A stretch of DNA of 10,885 nucleotides from Waddliaceae bacterium (GTDB lineage: Bacteria; Chlamydiota; Chlamydiia; Chlamydiales; SLFE01). Below, piece after piece: positions 7,501-10,885 of the stretch; position 1 is the first letter of the stretch; each line of letters begins with the position of its first letter. The DNA is taken from the NCBI GenBank assembly GCA_963783885.1, contig CAWAPJ010000024.1, forward strand, positions 1-10,885, in the 5' to 3' direction. The notes under the pieces were generated by a model. It saw only the letters and a program-made list of their open reading frames with translations. It made no database searches and was not told where the DNA came from. Both the position numbers and the translations under genes were made by a program.

Positions 7501-10352
7501 TTTATCTGTGCCACTGCTTGGACTCCGCCCCAAAAAAAGATGTCGTTGTGATGATACAGCTTTTTTCAAAAATGCGTAAGCGTTTAAAACCCGATTCGCC
7601 CATTTCTCCATCCTATGTCTTAAATGCCTATGCAAAGATTTTAACATCAATCTATTCGACACCACAAAAATCTCAAGATGTTTTGAAAATCATTTGCGAT
7701 AGCTTTGCAGAAAATGAAGACCTGATTGAACGGTATGTACAGTTGAACAATTCAAAAGCGATAAAAGAATTATATTGTTTTGCACTTTTAGATCTCCAAC
7801 TTCAAGAATATTTTACTAAAGGGGTGAATGTTTTTTCCGAGCTTTTAAGAACGCGTAGCAATCAAGATAAAACATGGCTCGGAATGGTTTCCATCGGCAT
7901 AAATTCGATCGCATTATCTCCATTTATGAGTCCGGAAAATCCAACAGCAGAATTTATGTTCACTTTGCTAATAGGTGGTGTTAATAAAGAAGATCTTGAT
8001 ATAGTCACAGTACTCAATTCCTGCGCATTTTACCTCAAATTTTGTCAACCAGGATATAATCTTAACGAACTTGCGCTCAAAGAAATGATTGCCCTTTTTG
8101 ATTATTTGGTCCAGCAAATCCCCTTCACCAATAAAAAATTTCTTCATAAACTTCCGGCTATTGCCAAATCGCTGGTAGAAGCTATTAAAAATAATCCCAC
8201 TCCTTCTTTACTCAAAGAATTTCTAGAGATCGCCAGGTTTGAACACTTTTACCGCGCCTTTGGCAAAGATACTGCCTCTTTTCGTACCTTTTTTCATCTT
8301 ATTCTGAGCACAAAGTCGGAAAACGCGATTTTTTACGCCTCAAACATAGCCCAGCATCAGAAGATTAAAAATTGGCTGGGCAATAGACATGCGCTGGAAA
8401 TTGAGTGCCACAGAAAATTGATCCATACTGAAATTTTTAGTATTGCAGAAAATGTCAAACTTCTTGGGGATTATTATATTGAATGCTTAAGCTTAAATTG
8501 CGCTTTCGAACTCTTTGAGGAAATTCATTCATTGATTATCCCCTATCTGGTTGGCTACTTTTGCCTTGAAGGTAAAACCCGAGGATTCAATACATTCTTT
8601 CAGCGAATAACTGATCAGGAAGCTCATTGCCATAGCTTCTACTTTAAAAACACTCTTAAGCTAATGAAAGCCCTGTTAGACAACTCCGGATTCGGCTTCT
8701 TAATGAAAGTCAAAGGAATGAAAAATCCAATCAAAGGCGTCATCAAGTATTTTTCTGCTTATCTGAGTCATGGACAGGAAATAACTTCGGATACCCTGGA
8801 TATAGCCGAACAATTTTTAGAACGCATTTTTTCCAATCAAATTCCTTGTAAAGCCCAGGAAATGGCCTCCAACTTTTTCGAATTGCTCCTAAACAAAATT
8901 GATAAAAAAGAACCACCTTCTCAACTGATAAAAGCCGATTATCTGATTCATTTTGAGTCAAAATACTTCGAGAGAAATCCAGAAAATGATACATCCCTGA
9001 TTTCAGATCTTATCGTTTCTTTAGTCAGCCAAGGGACGCCATGGGGCATCGCCAGAGCTCTTTACTTGTTTGGGCATCATAAAGAAAAACTGAAAGAAAA
9101 TAACATCGAACACTATGAACAAACATGTCTCAAGCTAAATATCATCTTTCATGACTATTCCGAAAGAGAAAGTAGAAACCGCATTGTGAACGATATCATT
9201 ACATCTATTCAGTCTATGGCCGGTCAATCTAAAGTAGAAAATCTTTATCTCATTTTTGGTCGAATGCTGGAAGCCTGCTCTGATTTCATTGTCAAAGGAA
9301 AAACTTTTTGTCCGCTGATTTCTGATATATACGGCTGTCTGATTCATAAATTTTATGAAGGTGCAAAGACAAAAGACTACCCCTTTATCTACTATCATAC
9401 AGCTAAATACTTTAATTCAGTATTCATTGACAGCAATCTTGTAAAAAAGCTTACACCTTTATTAATTGAAGGATATAAGGCACTGGATATAAAGACTGAC
9501 TTAAAGCCAAGTATGGAAGCTTGCCTTATCAAAATTCTTTACAGCAGCAGTGATATAAATTTCGCTAATGAAACCGCTCGAACATTCCTAGAAATTATCC
9601 CAGAAAGCACGTTCATCAAAATTCTTGCGACATCGAAAGTTGAAGAGGATAATGAAGAGAACCACTCCATTCTACAAAAGATAGTATTAAAATTTCTAGA
9701 AGGAAAAACGGCTCAATCATTTGCCCACGCCATGTTTTTCCTAACAAGGAATCTGTCGTGCATGCTGCGCTTGAATCCTCAATTGAAGCGCCATGTTTTG
9801 AATCAAATTAAGGTTCGTATACTTTGCCAATTACCACGCCATATCGATCTTTACTTATTCTTAAACGAATTGAATCGGTTGCTGTTAATCCACCAGATAG
9901 ATTCACCTTCTTTCTATGATGATTTAATCTCGGTATTGACAAAGTTAGTCCAAATAAAAGTTAGACATCTACAGGTGGAAAACGATGAAAGTTCGTCCCA
10001 ACTAGTCGAATTGGCTAAGATGCCCGTCTTTTTTTATAAAATTTACTACTCGATACTTTTTTCCATATCTCAAAATTGCAACCCTGACAAAATTCCATCA
10101 ATTTTACAGAAATGGCGAGATTATTACTCCTTTCTCACAAATCCCGATTATACCGATCTAAGTGAAATGATCAAAAATGAAAAAGACAACTTTCCCCTCA
10201 TGCTATATACCCCTTTCGAGCTATTTAAATCGCTCTCAATCACCTCATCCCAAAACGACAGCATTGAACAAACCTTTTTCTCCGGCATAGAACTCCTGAC
10301 CTCCCAGTATCCTGAAAAAGTTGATGCTCTTCAATGCGCTCTTTTGCTCTAA
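4575..10352 (+). CDS. 1925-aa protein: N-terminal TENT5/FAM46-like nucleotidyltransferase domain plus long alpha-helical region; candidate secreted effector
   Basis: Uninterrupted 5.8-kb ORF. Pol-beta-type motifs LILCGS (G107-S108), PDTDFR (D158, D160) and NIEII (E243), with further FAM46-like blocks out to ~aa 380. The remainder is Leu/Ile/Phe/Lys-rich and looks helical. The ORF itself is near-certain; the domain call is by eye. Confidence 0.8.
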   Translation: MNISSRSQPFIRFQKQEKHFFEDKFKEIQEKLRAFCLVDSEGNPNEQLLSCPLPSLTEEEKKAAYETLKQKICYDDPENGVRLTATPEDIEKALDEEIGLSSLILCGSKLIEILGVSYWIRALETAYEFLFGLHLDVKTVLGKETLQFLEELLKGAPDTDFRNYFKGPYISLNRAQDCVLACLANLNDFKNDKKKLASILKKNKYKVTHLDKCPLDIIRCSNIFDKFTTRPNGFAVVSLQNIEIINIKSLKRSDGILTSGSLKLDLFSLFRGQTGEDIRPESNLGNGWMAIFHIMQGLILPSDETAVEDGDILKAWRRAARGHRYGDPQKIYRMLEEFIKVNETPEKIAQKLIEDHKNHLNGSKNGGAAVLFHSLQSFYKSNCFTNAKLSKIVENTQKIWRNSDLAPFFQCMCGKNALPFPSVYAALCFNYLNEFGLEVKIKLGKESKAIITINLREGLCWLNLKHIPFLFHEDGKIPIELSLAQKLFKKDKIIFASQIKKLIVRSLEKGPSPQKKSLDTIWDMAKYLLEQQQIELGLDVFSAYIAGSSVDTAEKIKGFFRLLNPLVKNSIKILCGSRIVKILDVMQAHSTSDRKYLADRCLSLTRYYLKSEQPKQAVDLWLYSQSKGYFAGFSNEQIHKLQMSLFSKQLAQTPSDNTNRLLQFIFNSANKLSDDAEKTLISLLMENDDYLPDQTLHASIAEIMKKQNAFATGLTYFSNLSKQEALNLRTPVVAEFCLECIDKAKETNMEAANCLFKNLISSYHVKKFNLIPELAITFTDYNRLSDVSFAYKCLDIYLQNSKDLSESSLCLILEFCDSLIKNYDIRFFSLTKQILPMLKRNPQYATTWSNAIQSACSLDHILDLKHSFGIAHFFISQKDLFINSQFQSFYKDVLTQLCQYKSEQKLNIRLDDKELLTLIKIVRETHETRDFVWIYLSFQAANSENSKVKKECWNCFIKVLERNKNKPPFRYGDAFIYLCHCLDSAPKKDVVVMIQLFSKMRKRLKPDSPISPSYVLNAYAKILTSIYSTPQKSQDVLKIICDSFAENEDLIERYVQLNNSKAIKELYCFALLDLQLQEYFTKGVNVFSELLRTRSNQDKTWLGMVSIGINSIALSPFMSPENPTAEFMFTLLIGGVNKEDLDIVTVLNSCAFYLKFCQPGYNLNELALKEMIALFDYLVQQIPFTNKKFLHKLPAIAKSLVEAIKNNPTPSLLKEFLEIARFEHFYRAFGKDTASFRTFFHLILSTKSENAIFYASNIAQHQKIKNWLGNRHALEIECHRKLIHTEIFSIAENVKLLGDYYIECLSLNCAFELFEEIHSLIIPYLVGYFCLEGKTRGFNTFFQRITDQEAHCHSFYFKNTLKLMKALLDNSGFGFLMKVKGMKNPIKGVIKYFSAYLSHGQEITSDTLDIAEQFLERIFSNQIPCKAQEMASNFFELLLNKIDKKEPPSQLIKADYLIHFESKYFERNPENDTSLISDLIVSLVSQGTPWGIARALYLFGHHKEKLKENNIEHYEQTCLKLNIIFHDYSERESRNRIVNDIITSIQSMAGQSKVENLYLIFGRMLEACSDFIVKGKTFCPLISDIYGCLIHKFYEGAKTKDYPFIYYHTAKYFNSVFIDSNLVKKLTPLLIEGYKALDIKTDLKPSMEACLIKILYSSSDINFANETARTFLEIIPESTFIKILATSKVEEDNEENHSILQKIVLKFLEGKTAQSFAHAMFFLTRNLSCMLRLNPQLKRHVLNQIKVRILCQLPRHIDLYLFLNELNRLLLIHQIDSPSFYDDLISVLTKLVQIKVRHLQVENDESSSQLVELAKMPVFFYKIYYSILFSISQNCNPDKIPSILQKWRDYYSFLTNPDYTDLSEMIKNEKDNFPLMLYTPFELFKSLSITSSQNDSIEQTFFSGIELLTSQYPEKVDALQCALLL

Positions 10353-10488
10353 ACGCCGTTCCCCCCTTGTTGATTTCCCACATTCAAAGAAGTGGAAAGA
10401 AACACTGGAAAAAGTCGAATCTGAGCTAAAAGAAATTTATACCCGCCAGATTATGCTGCAGCGCGGTAAAAAAGCCCTCCAAAATTGA
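10324..10488 (+). CDS. 54-aa overlapping ORF, probably the frameshifted C-terminal remainder of the giant protein
   Basis: The +1 frame is open from 10300 to TGA 10486-10488 and reads MLFNALFCSKRRSPLVDFPHSKKWKETLEKVESELKEIYTRQIMLQRGKKALQN*. It has an amphipathic helical pattern and ends just before the next promoter. Confidence 0.5.
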   Translation: MLFNALFCSKRRSPLVDFPHSKKWKETLEKVESELKEIYTRQIMLQRGKKALQN

Positions 10489-10490
10489 TA

Positions 10491-10519
10491 TTGCTGTAAA
10501 ATAAAAATTTAATTATAAT
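10491..10519 (+). promoter_or_regulatory. Sigma66/70-type promoter (TTGCTG-N17-TATAAT)
   Basis: TTGCTG at 10491-10496, an all-A/T 17-nt spacer and TATAAT at 10514-10519, upstream of ATG 10553. Confidence 0.65.
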
Positions 10520-10552
10520 AATAATATCTAAAATATTAATTATTGTAATCAT

Positions 10553-10885
10553 ATGGAATTAGAAAATAATTCATTCCAATCTTCTAACTATAGTAAATTA
10601 GAGGTCCCTATTGAAGAATTTCGCATACGGGGCATCACTGTAGTCCCTATTTATGACTAATACCGGCAGCAGCTCATCAAGCCTATTTTCGATAACCTGA
10701 AGAAAAATTATCCAAATGTTTCGCTCTCAAACCTCACGAATATCATCATAGACACTAATGACCGCCATATCACGATTCAAGCGAAAATCGGTGAAAAACT
10801 GACATCCTTCAAGGTGAAAAAAGAGGGCTTGACTCCCGCTGAGCAAGAGATTCTGGGCTTCACAGCTATCCCATCGACACCTCGA
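10553..10885 (+). pseudogene. 5' part of a hypothetical gene with an in-frame TAA at codon 36; runs off the window
   Basis: Reads MELENNSFQSSNYSKLEVPIEEFRIRGITVVPIYD*YRQQLIKPIFDNLKKNYPNVSLSNLTNIIIDTNDRHITIQAKIGEKLTSFKVKKEGLTPAEQEILGFTAIPSTPR. The stop is at 10658-10660 and the same frame stays open for 75 more codons with no in-frame ATG. Confidence 0.65.

Noticed and set aside
5355-9398. Short ORFs nested in the giant gene (5355-5624, 5398-5592, 5656-5892, 6427-6627, 6653-6853, 8743-8994, 9135-9398)
   Set aside because: Short, nested and without motifs; expected by chance in 5.8 kb.
10335-10352. C-terminal CALLL as a host prenylation (CaaX) signal
   Set aside because: Cys is fifth from the end, not fourth, and this terminus may itself be a frameshift product.
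10604-10651. Direct repeat GTCCCTATT (10604-10612 and 10643-10651)
   Set aside because: Only 9 bp, in frame (encodes VPI twice), with no element between the copies to suggest a target-site duplication.
1-10885. tRNA, rRNA, CRISPR array, transposase or integrase
   Set aside because: None recognised; the intergenic spaces are short and accounted for.

Overview
Bacterial chromosomal window, most likely from an environmental chlamydia (inferred from the chlamydial-type Pyk, Nif3, RpiA and DUF151 proteins). The left 4.5 kb is housekeeping: the tail of an unknown gene, a DUF378 membrane protein, pyruvate kinase with an extra C-terminal swivel domain, a candidate 60-61 aa small ORF, a Nif3/YbgI protein, rpiA and a DUF151 bifunctional nuclease. 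The right 6.3 kb is accessory. It holds a 1925-aa protein whose N-terminal ~330 aa align by eye, block by block, with the eukaryotic TENT5/FAM46 non-canonical poly(A) polymerases, with putative catalytic residues retained (G107-S108, D158-x-D160, E243). This domain is fused to ~1500 aa of probable alpha-helical solenoid, making the protein a candidate secreted RNA-tailing effector. Its C-terminus may be cut by a frameshift, and the next gene has an in-frame TAA at codon 36. Three genes (pyk, rpiA, the giant gene) have a -10 box 6-8 nt upstream of the ATG and no SD, suggesting leaderless mRNAs. Family assignments are from recalled motifs; no searches were run.
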